This document shows, one piece after another, positions 24,678 to 37,600 of a stretch of DNA of 64,000 nt (positions within the stretch are counted from its first letter, which is position 1; every line of letters begins with the position of its first letter). The notes under the pieces are model-generated. The model was not told where the DNA came from, did not search any database, and saw only the letters and a program-made list of their open reading frames with translations. Position numbers and translations under genes: made by a program. Location: assembly GCF_044704955.1 (NCBI RefSeq), contig NC_091980.1, forward strand, positions 23,002,001 through 23,066,000, read 5' to 3'. The stretch is from Pristiophorus japonicus (lineage: Eukaryota).

Positions 24678-25715
24678 TGTTGTGTATGGAGAAAGAGTCA
24701 GACTGAACACTGTGAGCTCAAAGTAAAGTGTGACCGTAGTCTTTTATTCCAGGTATCCAAAGTGCCTCTCCAACCTGTGAAGCCTCTTTAAATACCTGTG
24801 CTCCCAAGGGATTATGGGATCCCTTGGGACTCCAGGGGATGAGCCCTCTGGGGGTTGTACAGAGTAAATACAAGTCCACATGTATAACAACACGCCCCGC
24901 AAAGTCAAAATGTAACTATTTACAATGTGAGTCAATCTGGGGCCCTTCTTTCCCTGGTTGATTGTCTCGGTGTGAAAGCTGGTGTTGTGGAATCATTTGT
25001 TGGGCCCTTGCTGGGCTGCTGTGCAGCTGGCCTTGCTGGGCTGCCTGGTGTGTTGGGCCCTGCAGGGCTGCTGTGGATGATGGGTTCTGCTTCGTGGTCA
25101 ACCATGGTGCCAGTTGCCACTGGTGTATATGTTGGGGGGCCAAAAAAGGTAGGGTCCAAGGTGGGTTGCTCAGGATAGTCCGTGAATCTGAGTTTGATTT
25201 GGTCCAAGTGTTTCCGGTGAATGAGTCCATTTGAAAGTTTGACCTGAAACATCCTGCTCCCCTCTTTGGCCACGACAGTGCCGGGAAGCCACTTGGGACT
25301 TATTCCATAATTTAAAACAAATACAGGATCATTGATTTCAATCTCACGTGACACAGTTGCGCTATCATGGTATGCACTTTGTTGAAGCCGTCTGCTCTCT
25401 ACCTATTCATGTAGATCAGGGTGAACTAATAAGAGACTTGTCTTAAGAGCTCTTTTCACAAGCAGTTCAGCAGGCGGGATCCCAGTGAGTGAGTGGGTCT
25501 TGTGCGGTAGCTAAGCAGGACTCGGGATAGGCGAGTCTGCAGTGAGCCTTCAGTTACCCTCTTCAAGCCTTGCTTGATGGTTTGCATTGCTCTCACTGCC
25601 TGACCATTGGACACTAGTTTAAATGGGGCAGATGTGACATGTTTGATCCCGTTATGGGTCATGAATTCTTTGAACTCAGCACTGGTAAAACATGGCCCGT
25701 TCCACATATATAACA
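24678..25715 (-). mobile_element. Internally deleted Gypsy (Mag-like) element 2: 3' LTR, integrase remnant, about 15 bp of 5' LTR
   Basis: LTR at 24678-24889. Integrase NGPCFTSAEFKEFM...SNGQA. TCCACATATATAACA at 25701-25715 matches the LTR end. TSD CTGAG at 24673-24677 and 25716-25720. Confidence 0.9.
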
Positions 25716-26115
25716 CTGAGGCTGTGTATTTTCTTTGTTTTAGTATTACTGCAAACATTACACACTGTTTTCTAGCCTCAGAAAGTTTGGTAAATCCTTC
25801 ACTATCTTCCATAATTTAGGCATAAAGCATCACTGTAGATTTCTCTCTCCTGTTTTTCTAACTCCTTTTTAGAGAGAGCTGACACAAGAGACCATTCTTC
25901 ATGAGTGAGCTTGGGGAGTCGCTACTTAAGGAGGGTGGGGGCACTTGTACCTTGCTGTTTTGGGCTTGGTCCTATCGTACCCATCTAACTTAAATTAGGA
26001 CCTAGAGAGTGAATGTGTAAGAATTATTTAGGACTTTCACACCTCTCACATAAGATGTTAGAGCGGGATCCATAGACCTGAATCCTTAACCGAAAACTAT
26101 ACAGATACATTAAGT

Positions 26116-26783
26116 GGGCTGAAAATTGCGGTTGGAGGCTTCCTTCGTACGAACGCCTCTGACCCCCAAAAAATCTACGTAACTACCTGTTGGTCCCGGA
26201 GGAACATATGATTCCGTTCGGAGGTCTTCATTCACTGCGCAGCATACGGGAACATGTCTTCCACGTACGGATGTCTGTCTATATTGGACTCATGTGGACC
26301 TGGACCAATAATCACTACAAATGGAATTCCTATTATTATCAATGAGAATAGCCCTCTAAAAGAAGAAACAAAGCACATATTTTAAATTAATTGAAATTAA
26401 ATGTAATTAATGTTTCAGAAAAAATTACGTTTGGGAATTTTTTTTAATGTGTTTTAATAGGGTTAAAAATAAGCTTCCCTTAATGGACAGGTTTTTAAAT
26501 ATAAATATGAGTGATTACATTTAATTTTTCTATGTTTTAAGAGTGTTCCCCTGGTAAAAGTTTGAAGGACATTCGCTGTGCAAGAGTTGGGCAAATAGTC
26601 CAATCTCTGCCACTCGGATGTCCTTCCTGCGGGGATGCGTAGAATCTGTCTGAAGAAATTTTGACAGATCGGAAAAGCTGGTTCTCGGCACATGCGCGTC
26701 GCGCCCCGAGAACCGACTTTTGCGAGGCCTCGTCGGGTGCAGCGCACTTCGTACGCACCTGGCGAGGCCCCAATGTTCGGCCC
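26116..26783. mobile_element. MITE with terminal inverted repeats (Harbinger-like)
   Basis: Left GGGCTGAAAATTG versus reverse-complemented right GGGCCGAACATTG; subterminal CGTACGAA at both ends. Confidence 0.7.
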
Positions 26784-27599
26784 ACCATCTCTCACAGTCA
26801 TCTTTTATTTAACCACTAATACATGGAACAATTAATAATCTAACTTAACCTATCCTGGAGTCTTCAAGTGCCCGGTGGCCAAACCGATGACCACTTGAAG
26901 TCTGTTAAATCTTTTGATGTCTTCTCTTCATTAGACCAGGACACGTTTGTCCTGGCCGACTGCAGTAAAAGAGCTAGGTTTTGTGTCAGTTCTTATATAC
27001 CTTGTGTTCAGACTCCTCTCACATGTTCATCTCAATGACTGGCTCCTTCAATCATGGCTTTTGCCCCTTGCTGTTCCTGGTTGGTTCAAAGTTTAGTGGG
27101 GTTAATTCATCATGCATGTCAATTGTTGCAGCTTAATGTGGATCTTATCTCAAGGTGGTGATGGTCAGTTCTGCTGGTCCCATGGCAATCCCAGATTTGT
27201 CCTTGGTTACAACTGTCTTTTGTCTGAGTAATGTCTGTTCAAAATATTTCTCCATATTCCTGTTTCTCAGTTTGAATTTTAATGTGGTTTAGCAACCATT
27301 AAAAGTTCTCCCTTGTATTAAAGTTCTAACTTTCCTTCAAACATGTTGCAGGATGGATATCTTTCCTCACTCATAAGCTACACTTTCATTCCAGTTCTGG
27401 ATAATATCCAAGAATGGATGTCCAAGCTTTTTTTTTCACTTCTCCCAAGCTTAACGGTATTTGAGGGCAACCATAGTATCTCTACTGCCATTTTAGTTTT
27501 GACAAGCTAATTCTCCACTGATTATCAAACTTGAGAGTGTCCTTTCTGTACCACACTGGGTAGTTTATTTAGCAACTGGACCAGTAGGGGTGGTCGCCA

Positions 27600-27745
27600 T
27601 AGCATTGATGATGGTCTAAGTTAGCTCATTCACCATGGGATGGGAAGAATCATTGAATCATAAAACAGTGCAGCACAGAAGGAGGCCATTCAGCCCATCG
27701 AATCTGCACTGGCTCTTTCGAAGAGCAATCCAGTCAGTCAACCCA
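27600..27745 (-). mobile_element. CR1 3' tail fragment
   Basis: GAATCAT repeats followed by CAGCACAGAAGGAGGCCATTCAGCCCATCG. Confidence 0.6.
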
Positions 27746-28685
27746 GAAGATCCCATGACATCCCAACATCCCCATGACATTCGGAAATGCTCCAAGACAG
27801 CAAAATGAAAGAAGGTCCACCTATAATAGATCATGTCAGCTTTTCCCACTAGACAGTTCCTTTTGCCATATATTCTACATACACATACGGTTGAGAACCA
27901 GCAAAAGCCAGCTCAATTATTGCACACCAGTTTATATGACAGATGGGCCTTAGGAGGGTCGCAAATTCATAAAACAGGATCGAAAAGTCAAGGCCATTAA
28001 ACAATAAGCCAAACCCTTGTGTAATGTCACTATCTGTTCAACTACACGTCCATCATCATCAGTGCGACACGGTTAGAATATTTGACAGGTATGCAATTAG
28101 TAATGATTGTTTTCCTTGTTGTGTTCTTTATTCAGAGTTTTATAAAATATAATTTTGCAACATTTAATGCACTGAAAGAACTCGACTCAACCAAAAGCAA
28201 GTTGAAAGCTACAAGAATCCCATGTTATTGAACTCATCGGAGGAAGCAAATAGCAATTGTCAATTGTATCAGTAGGTCAGTCGATCAGGATATTTTCACT
28301 TGGACCAACATCATGCGAGGAAGCAAGTACATTGTACTTGCACCTTGAAAGCCAAACGTGTAAATTAAATTATGAAAGAAATCAATTCACAGGCTACGAT
28401 TACTTTGTTGAAGTTAAACCTTTACAATTCTGCTGTGTATTCAGCCAGCACTGAAACTTCCTGGGCCCAACATATCTCCCAGAATAGGTGCTGATCTTGA
28501 CTTGTATGCAGTCCTGTAGGTAGTAACAGATAGGCAGTTACTCTCTCCAGTGAAGAGCTGTGCGCAATGATTGGTGGTGATATCATTGATGAAAATGAGG
28601 GAAGGTCTGAGTTTGACGTCACAGATGAAAATGAGGATGACAAACAAAAGCCACTGAGATTATTCCATTGGGAAGAAAAGGCACA

Positions 28686-29159
28686 GTCCCAGAACTTGTG
28701 CTCCGGATGATGGTGAACTGGCAGCGTTCGCCGTCATTCCATCTTTGAGACGGACCGCGCGCTTGCGGAAATCCTGAAATTGCGGTCTGTCATTCACTGC
28801 TCCTCCACTGGCTGCGCTGTGCCTCACCCCCAACTCTCCCACCCCCTCCCTAAACACCTCCCCATCCGATCCCCCATTAAGGGCTGGATTTTCGGCTTGC
28901 TAGCGCCTCTGTTTTCGAAGAGCTTACCCACTTCCTGGTTTGCTGTCTGTAAGAATTCTGTGTTTTGATTGGCGACACAGACAGCTTGTTGATGTCACAG
29001 CAGCTCACACTCGTGGATCCCCACTACACTCCATTGATTGAATTGAGCATCGGAAATCCAGAGTGCTCGATATCAAGATCGTGAGATCTTTGTGCAAAGC
29101 TTACTTCAGGATCCAACGGCAAACGCCTTCACTTCACTGCTGACTGCAAATTCCGGGCC
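28686..29159. mobile_element. MITE with long imperfect inverted ends
   Basis: Left GTCCCAGAACTTG...GCGTTCGCCGT versus reverse-complemented right GGCCCGGAATTTG...GCGTTTGCCGT. Confidence 0.55.
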
Positions 29160-31389
29160 AAAGTATAATTATGACTATCTCCTCCAAGGCAACAAATTTG
29201 ATTATTTTCCATTAACCAGATGGAGCATACTTTAAATTGAAAGTACTCCATCATCTTTAAAATACCTTTATTAATTTGTTACTTTTATCATAATAAATAT
29301 TGATCTATCATGAGAAGGAACTCAGCCATTAAAAAAAGCGAAAAAGCATTTTGGGTTTATTGGTAGACTGTAAGAGCAAAGAAATAATGATACATTTGCA
29401 CAACCCATCGGTTAGGCCACAGCTCGAGTACTGCGTTGTGCTTTGGGTGCCCCATTATCATATACTCATAGAATCATAGTAGTTTACAGCAGGGAGGTAG
29501 ACCATTTTGGCCCATCATGTCCGCGCCGGCCAACAAGAGGCTATCCAGCCTAATCTCACTTTCCAGCTCTTGGTACGTAACCCTGCAGGTCACATCACTT
29601 CAGGTGCACATCCAAGTACTTTATAAATGTGGTGAGGCATTCTAACTCTAGCACCATTTCAGGCAGAGAGTTCCAGATCCCCACAACCCTCTGTGTAAAG
29701 AAATTTCCCCTCAAATTACTGCTAAACATTCTACCAATTACTTTAAAGTTATGCCCCCTGGTTGTTGACCCCTCTGCTAAGGGAAACAGGCCCTTTCTAT
29801 CCACTATATCTGGGCCCCTCAGCATTTTATATATCCCAATGAGATCTCCCCTCAGCCACTTCTGTTCCAAGGAAAACAAACCCAGCCATCCAATCTGTCC
29901 TCATAGCTAAGATTCTCCACTCCCGGCAACATCCTCGTAAATCTCCTCTGTCATCCTCATAGGCAATCCCTCGGAGTCGAGGATGACTTGTTTCCACACT
30001 AACATGAGTTCTCAAGTGACTGAAGAGACCAAGTCGGGACATACAGCCTCTGTCACACGTGGGGCAGATAGTGGTTGAAGGAACAGGTGGATGGGGTGCC
30101 TGGGTTGCCATTCGCCCCTTCCACTGTCTGCGCTTGGCTTTAGCTTGCTCTCGGAGAAGAGACATGTGGTGTTCGCTGCCTTCCCGGATGCTTTTCATCC
30201 ACTTTGGGCAGTCTTGGGTCAGGGATTCCCAGGTGTCGGTGGGAATGTTAAGTTTTTTCAGGGAGGCTTTGAGGATGTCCTTGAAGAGTTTCCTCTGCCC
30301 ACCTGGGGCTCGCTTGCTGTGTCAGAGCGCCGAATAGAGCGCTTGTTTTGTGAGTCTCGTATCAGGCATGTGGGCAATGTGTCCCATCCAGCAGACTTGA
30401 TCAAGCGTGGTCAGTGCTTCGATGCTAGGGACACTGGCCTCAGCGAGGACATTGACGTTGGTGCGCCTATCTTGCCAATGGAGTTGCAGGATCTTGTGGA
30501 GGCAGTGTTGGTGGTATTTCTCCAGTGTTTTGTGGCGCTGCTGTGCATAGTCCATTTCTCTGAGCCTTATAGGAGGGCGGGAATCACCACTCTCTGTAGA
30601 CCATGAGCTTGGTGCCTGATTTGAGGTCCTGGTCTTCAAACACTCTGTTCCTCAGGTGACCGAAGGCTGCACTGGCACACTGAAGGTGGTGTTGTACCTC
30701 ACTGTCGATGTCTGCCCTTGTTGACAGTCGGCTCCCAAGGTATGGAAAATGGTCCATGTTGTCCAAGGCCTTGTCGTGGATATTTATAACTGGGGGGGGC
30801 AGTGCTTTGTGGCGGGGGCAGGTTGGTAAAGGACCTTTGCCTTACTGATGTTTAGTGTAAGAACCGTGCTCTCGTATGCCTCGGTGAAGGTGATGACGAT
30901 GGCTTAGAGTTCAGCCTTCAAGAGAGCGCAGACGCAAGCATCGTCTGCGTACTGTAATTCGATGATGGAGGATGGGCTGACCTTGGATCTAGCCTGGAGG
31001 CCGCAGAGGTTGAACAGTTTCCCGTTTGTCCTGTAATTTAGCTCCACTCCAGCAGGGAGCTTGCTGAGGTTGAGATGGAGCATTGCAGCAAGGAAAATCG
31101 AGAAAAGCGTTGGTGCGATGACACTGCCCAGCTTGACCCTGGTCCGAATGTGGAATGAGTCTGTGATGGATTCATTGGTCAGGATCACGGCTTGCATGTC
31201 ATCGTGGAGCAGGCGGAGAATGGTGACAAACTTTTGAGGGCAGCCAAATCTGAGGAGGACGCTCCATAATCCCTCATGGTTGATAGTGTCAAAGGCTCTT
31301 GTGAGATCAAAGAAGGCCATGTACTAGGGTTGGTGCTGTTCTATGCATTTCTCTCGTATCTGTCGCGCAGTGAAGTTCATGTCCATGAC

Positions 31390-31692
31390 AAAGGGATGAG
31401 GTCCTACGAGACGAATTTAAGGAGCAAGGAGCTAAATTAAAACGTAGGACCTCAAAAGTAGTAATCTTGGGATTGCTACCAGTGCCACGTGCTAGTCAGA
31501 GTAGAAATCACAGGACAGCTTCAGTGGCTTGAGCAGTGGTGCAGTAGGGAGGGATTCAAATTCCTGGGGCATTGGAACCGGTTCTGGGGGAGGTGGGACC
31601 AGTACAAACCAGACGGTCTGCACCTGGGCAAGACCGGAACCAATGTCCTCAGGGGAGTGTTTGCTAGTGCTGTTGCGGAGGAGTTAAACTAA
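31390..31692 (+). pseudogene. CR1 ORF1 C-terminus (SGNH esterase-like)
   Basis: WLEQWCSREGFKFLGHW...YKPDGLHL contains the DxxH block of the esterase domain known from CR1 ORF1. Confidence 0.8.
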
Positions 31693-31769
31693 TATGGCAG
31701 GGGGATGGAAACCAATGCAGGGAGACAGAGGGAAACAAAAAGGAGACAAAAGCAAAAGACAGAAAGGAG

Positions 31770-34688
31770 ATGAGTAAAAGTGGAGGGCAGAGAAATCCAA
31801 GGCAAAAAACAAAAAGGGCCACTGAATATAAAGAGGTTGCAGGAGGGGTCAAAACTAAAAATCAGGGTTTAAAAACTAGGATTAAAACACTCGACCTAAA
31901 TGCACGCAGCATTCGAAATGAAGTAAATGAGTTGCTGGCACAAATCATTACAAATGGGTATGATTTGGTGGCCATTACAGAAACATGGTTGCAGCATGGC
32001 CAAGACTGGGAATTAAACATACAGGGGTATCTGACGATTCGGAAAGATAGACAAGAAGGGAAAGGAGGTGAGGTAGCTCTGTTAATAAAGAATGATATCA
32101 GGGCAATTGTGAGAGACGATATTGGCTCTAATGAACAAAATGTTGAATCATTGTGGGTGGAGATTAGAGATAGTAATGGGAAAAAGTCACTGGTGGGCAT
32201 AGTTTATAGGCCCCCAAATAATAACTTCACGCTGGGGCGGACAATAATCAAGGGAATAATGGAAGCATGTGAAAAAGAAACGGCAGTAGTCATGGGGGAT
32301 TTTAACCTAAATATCGATTGGTCAAATCAAATCGCACGGGGTAGCCTTGAGGAGGAATTCATAGAATGCATACGGGATTGTTTCTTAGAACAGTATGTTA
32401 CAGAACCGACAAGGGAGCAAGCTATCTTAGATCTGGTCCTGTGTAATGAGACAGGAAAAATAAATGATCTCCTAGTAAAAGATCCTCTTGGAATGAGTGA
32501 TCACAGTAAGGTTGAATTTGTAATACAGATTGAGGGTGAGGAAGTTGTGTCAGAAACGAGCGTACTATGCTGAAACAAAGGGGACTACAGTGGGATGAGG
32601 GCAGAGTTGGCTAAAGTAGACTGGAAACACAGACTAAACGGTGACACAATTGAGGAACAGTGGAGGACTTTTAAGGAGCTCTTTCATAGTGCGCAACAAA
32701 AATATATTCCAGTGAAAAAGAAGGGCGCTAAGAGAAGGGATAACCAGCCGTGGATAACCAAGGAAATAAAGGAGAGTATCAAATTAAAGACCAATGTGTA
32801 TAAGGTGGCCAAGGTTCGTGGGAATCTAGAAGATTGGGAAAATTTTAAACAACAGCAAAGAATGACTAAAAAAGCAATAAAGAAAGGAAAGATAGATTAC
32901 GAAGGTAAACTTGCGCAAAACATAAAAACAGATAGTAAAAGCTTTTACAGATACATAAAACGGAAAAGAGTGACTAAAATAAATGTTGGTCCCTTAGAAG
33001 ATGAAAAGGGGGATTTAATAATGGGGAATGTGGAAATGGCTGAGACCGTAAACAATTATTTTGCTTCGGTCTTCACGAGGGAAGACACAAAAACCATGAC
33101 AAAAATTGCTGGTCACAGGAAAGTGGGAAGGGAGGACCTTGAGACAATCACTATCACTAGGGGTTAGTGCTGGACAGGCTAATGGGACTCAAGGTAGACA
33201 AGTCCCCTGGTCCTGATGAAATGCATCCCAGGGTATTAAAAGAGATGGCGGAAGTTATAGCAGATTCATTCGTTGTAATCTACCAAAATTCTCTGGACTC
33301 TGGGGAGGTACCAGCGGATTGGAAAGCAGCTAATGTAACACCTCTGTTTAAAAAAGGGGGCAGACAAAAGGCAGGTAACTATAGGCCGGTTAGTTTAACA
33401 TCTGTAGTGGGGAAAATGCTTGAAACTATCATTAAGGAAAAATAGCGGAACATCTAGATAGGAATAGTGCAATCAAGCAGACGCAGCATGGATTCATGAA
33501 GGGGAAATCATGTTTAATTAATTTACTGGAATTCTTTGAGGATATAACGAGCATGGTGGATAGAGGTGTACCGATGGATGTGGTGTATTTAGATTTCCAA
33601 AAGGCATTCGATAAGGTGCCACACAAAAGTTTACTACAGAAGATAGAGGTACGCGGAGTCAGAGGAAATGTATTAACATGGATAGAGAATTGGCTGGCGA
33701 ACAGAAAGCAGAGAGTCGGGATAAATGGGTCCTTTTCGGGTTGGAAATCGGTGGTTAGTGGTGTGCCACAGGGATCGGTGCTGGGACCACAACTGTTTAC
33801 AATATACATAGATGACCTGGAAGATTGGACAGAGTGTAGTGTAACAAAATTTGCAGATGGCACAAAGATTAGTGGGAAAGCGGGTTGTTTCGAGGACACA
33901 GAGAGGCTGCAAAGAGATTTGGATAGGTTAAGCGAATGGGCTAAGGTTTGGCAGATGGAATACAATGTCGGAAAGTGTGAAGTCATCCACCTTGGGAAAA
34001 AAAACAGTAAAAGGGATATTATTTGAATGGGGAGAAATTACAACATGCTGAGGTGCAGAGGGACCTGGGGGTCCTTGTGCATGGATCCAAAAAGTTAGTT
34101 TGCAGGTGCAGCAGTTAATCAGGAAGGCGAATGGAATGTTGGCCTTCATTGCGAGAGGGATGGAGTACAAAAGCAGGGAGGTCCTGCTGCAACTGTATAG
34201 GGTATTGGTAAGGCCGCACCTGGAGTACTGCGTGCAGTTTTGGTCACCTTACTTAAGGAAGGATATACTGGCTTTGGAGGGGGGTACAGAGCTGATTCAC
34301 TAGGCTGATTCCGGAGATGAGGGGGTTACCTTATGATGATAGATTGAGTAGACTGGGTCTTTACTCGTTGGAGTTCAGAAGGATGAGGGGTGATCTTATA
34401 GAAACATTTAAAATAATGAAAGGGATAGACAAGATAAAGGCAGAGAGGTTGTTTCCACTGGTAGGGGAGACGAGAACTAGGGGGCACAGCCTCAAAATAC
34501 GGGGGAGCCAATTTAAAACTGAGTTGAGAAGGAATTTCTTCTCCCAGAGGGTTGTGAATCTGTGGAATTCTCTGCCCAGGGAAGCAGTTGAGGCTAGCTC
34601 ATTGAATGTATTCAAGTCACAGATTGATAGATTTTTAACCAATAAGGGAATTAAGGGTTACAGGGAGCGGGCGGGTAAGTGGAGCTGA
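31770..34688 (+). pseudogene. CR1 ORF2 (APE endonuclease plus reverse transcriptase), with stops and frameshifts
   Basis: [54 protein letters not shown] and FADG (FADD mutated). Confidence 0.93.
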
Positions 34689-37600
34689 GTCCACGGCCAG
34701 ATCAGCCATGATCTTGTTGAATGGCGGAGCAGGCTCGAGGGGCTAGATGGCCTACTCCTGTTCCTAATTCTTATGTTCTTATGTTCTTATGTCTATTGTG
34801 CCCCTTAGTGGGCGGAATCCACATTGCGACTCTGGGAGGAGTTCTTCAGCCACAGGGAGAAGGCAATTCAAGAGGATTCTTGCAATCACTTTCCCGGTGG
34901 TCAACAGCAGAGAGATTCCGCAGTCGGAATTGTCACCTTTCTTGAAGTTGTTCATGATTACAGCATCGCTGACATCTCCTGGCATGATCTCCTGTTCCAG
35001 ATAAGAGAGATGAAGTCATGGATCTACGCAAGTAGTGCTTCTCCGCCATGTTTTAGTGCTTCGGTGGGGATTCCATCTGCTCCTGATGATTTGTTGTTTT
35101 TCAGTTGTCAGATGACCTTTTCAACCTCGTGCCGGGCTGGGGTTGTGCTGAGATGGTGGCAGGTGGCATGCTGTGGGATGGTCTCGGTTGAGGAGATCCT
35201 CGAAGTGCTCCTTTCAGCGGGCACTGACTGCCTCTCTGACCTTGATGAGCACCTCTCTGTTCTTGGCCAGCAGTGGGGTAAGGCCTTGTGTGCTTGAGCC
35301 GTAGGTCGTCTTGACTGCGCTGAATAATCCTTGCATGTCGTGGTTGTCGGCTAGCTGCTGGATTTATTGAGCTTTCTCCACCCACCATCTGTTTTTTATG
35401 TCATGGGTTTTCTGTAGAACCTTGGCCTTCAGATGTCTGCAGAGCTGCTTTCTTGCCCTCGAGCTGTGTTGCTGCTTCCAGTCCGAGTGCCGTTGGCTTG
35501 CGGCATATTAACTCCTGGATCTCCTGGTCGTTCTCGTCAAACCAGTCTTGGTGTTTCCTGGTCGAGTGTCTAAGCGTCTCTTCTCTTGTGCTAATTATGG
35601 AAGCCTTGAGGGCAGACCAGGCACTGTGGACAATATGCATCTCTGGGTCACTGGGAGTCGTCAGGTTGGTTGCGAGGCGCTGGCAGAATAGGGCTTTCTT
35701 GGCAGGATTTTTGAGTGCTCCAGCATTGATCTTCCTGCGGCATTGTTTCTGTTGCCTTCGCTGTTTTGGGGCTAAGTTGATGGTGATGACAGAGCGGATT
35801 AGGCAGTAGTCCATCCAGCAGTCGTCAGCTCCTGTCATGACGCGGGTGATGCGCATGTCCTTGTGGTCCCTTGCACAGACGGTGACGTAGCCTAGCAGAT
35901 GACAGTGCTTGGAGTGAGGATGTCGCCTTGATGCTTTATATTTGTCCTTCTGATGGAACAGGGTATTGGTTATGACGAAGCCGTGTTCTAAGCATTTCAT
36001 CACGAGGAGGGTGCCATTGGAGTTGGCTTTCCCTGCCCAATCTCTGCCAATCACACCTCCCCAGAGGTCAGTGTTCTTTCCAACTCTGGCGTTGAAGTCC
36101 GCAAGGTTGATCAGCTTGTCGCCCGTTAGAACTCGGGACAGGGATTGTTCGAGGCTGGAGTAAAATTCTTCTTTGCTCTCATCTGCAGCTTCCAATGTTG
36201 GGGCGTATGCGTTGAAGACCATAGCACACTGGTTCTGTACTAGAGTGAGCCGAAGAATCATGAGGCTGTCAGAGGACAGTGGGAGGTCGAAGGTCAGAGG
36301 ACAGCGGGAGGTCGGAGAGCAGCGGGAGATCAGAGAACAGTGGGAGGTATGAGGAGAGCGGAAGCCCAGAGGTCGGAGGGCAGCGTGAGGCCTGGAGGTT
36401 GGAGGACAGCGGGAGTTCTCACGATCAGCGAGGCCTGGAGGTCAGAAGTGGCGAGCACCAGGGTCATGGCCCAGGAGCAGCGCAGTGTAGACCAGCAGCG
36501 GGGCCGTGGCCCAGGAGTGGCGCAGCTGACTGTAGGAATGTGCATGTGTGAATGAACAAGGCCCATACAGCAGAGCCTGGTCTCCAGTCACCTTTAATCC
36601 CTTTGCCACTGGACCAAGACCTTGTTCTGCCAAGCCCGTGTGGTAGCTGGTGTGCAATGGACAGACCATGTTAAAATAATTCATGCACAGGCATCTTCCA
36701 CACTTTAAGATGAGGTTCGGGACCTGGAACGTCAGGGCGCTCATGGACAACCCGAACAGCGATAGACCGGAATGCCGCACTGCTATCGTTGCCCGGGAAC
36801 TTGGGCGTTTCGACATTGACATCGCCGCCCTGAGCAAGACCCAGCAGGCAGGGGAAGGCCATCTCAAAGAACAAGGTGGTGGCTACACCTTCTTCTGGAA
36901 CAGCAAACCAGAAGCAGAATGTCGCCTCCATGGGTTTGGCTTTGCAGTAAAAAACGAGCTAGTGGGTCGTCTCAGATAATCCCCCTGCGGGATAAATGAA
37001 CGCCCCATGACTCTTTGTCTCACTCTAGACCGGAACCAAGGGAGGTCTCCTCTGTATCCTCTCCAGTGCAATCACGCTCTTCCTGTAATGCGGTGACCAG
37101 AATTGGCCTAACCAGTGTTTTATACAATTCATGCATAACCTGCCTGCTCTTATATTCTATACCTCCACTAAGAAAGGCAAGCATTCTGCATGTCTTCTTA
37201 ACCACCTTATCTACCTGGCCTGCTACCTTCAGGGATCTGTGGACCAGCAGTCCAAGGTCCCTTTGTTCCTCTACACTTCTCAGTGTCCTACTATTTAATG
37301 TGTATTCCCTTTCCTTGTTAGCCCTCCCCAAATGCATTACCTCACACTTCTTCAGATTATAGAAAGGACATTAAAATCATAGAGAGTACAGTGTCGATTC
37401 ACAAGGATGAGGTATCATCACTAAGGAAGTTCGGACATTTTTTTCTATACAGAGGATTGTTGGAGCAAGGAATACTTTGCTACAGGGAATGATTGAGGCA
37501 GAGACCATTGCTTATTTTATGGGAAAATTCAATAAATACTTGAAGCACAGGAATATACTTGAATCTAGAGGAGAGCATAGATTATTTTTAGATTGCTCTA

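Larger units (their letters stand above)
31387..34790 (+). mobile_element. CR1 LINE (end of ORF1, complete but disrupted ORF2, tail) nested in the RTE
   Basis: ORF1 esterase end plus ORF2 APE and RT; (TTCTTATG)n tail; probable TSD ATGTC(C/T)AT. Confidence 0.95.
29952..37045 (-). mobile_element. Near full-length RTE LINE with inverted 5' segment (36268-37038 on +)
   Basis: Minus strand: NAYAPT, DFNARVG, FDLTRAFD, LQYADD, C2H2 CPTC...HLRTH and an (ATG)n-type tail. Plus strand: 5'UTR and FGTWNV...DIDIAALS. 10-bp TSD TCTCCTCTGT (29942-29951 and 37046-37055). Confidence 0.9.
29459..37355 (-). mobile_element. CR1 3' fragment (29459-29951 and 37046-37355), split by the RTE insertion
   Basis: ORFs 29595..29879 and 37020..37337 are consecutive parts of CR1 ORF2. 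Confidence 0.85.

Noticed and set aside
36268-36450. Short spaced repeats resembling a CRISPR array
   Set aside because: These are degenerate ~18-bp tandem units in the RTE 5'UTR. There are no unique spacers or cas genes, and the context is vertebrate.
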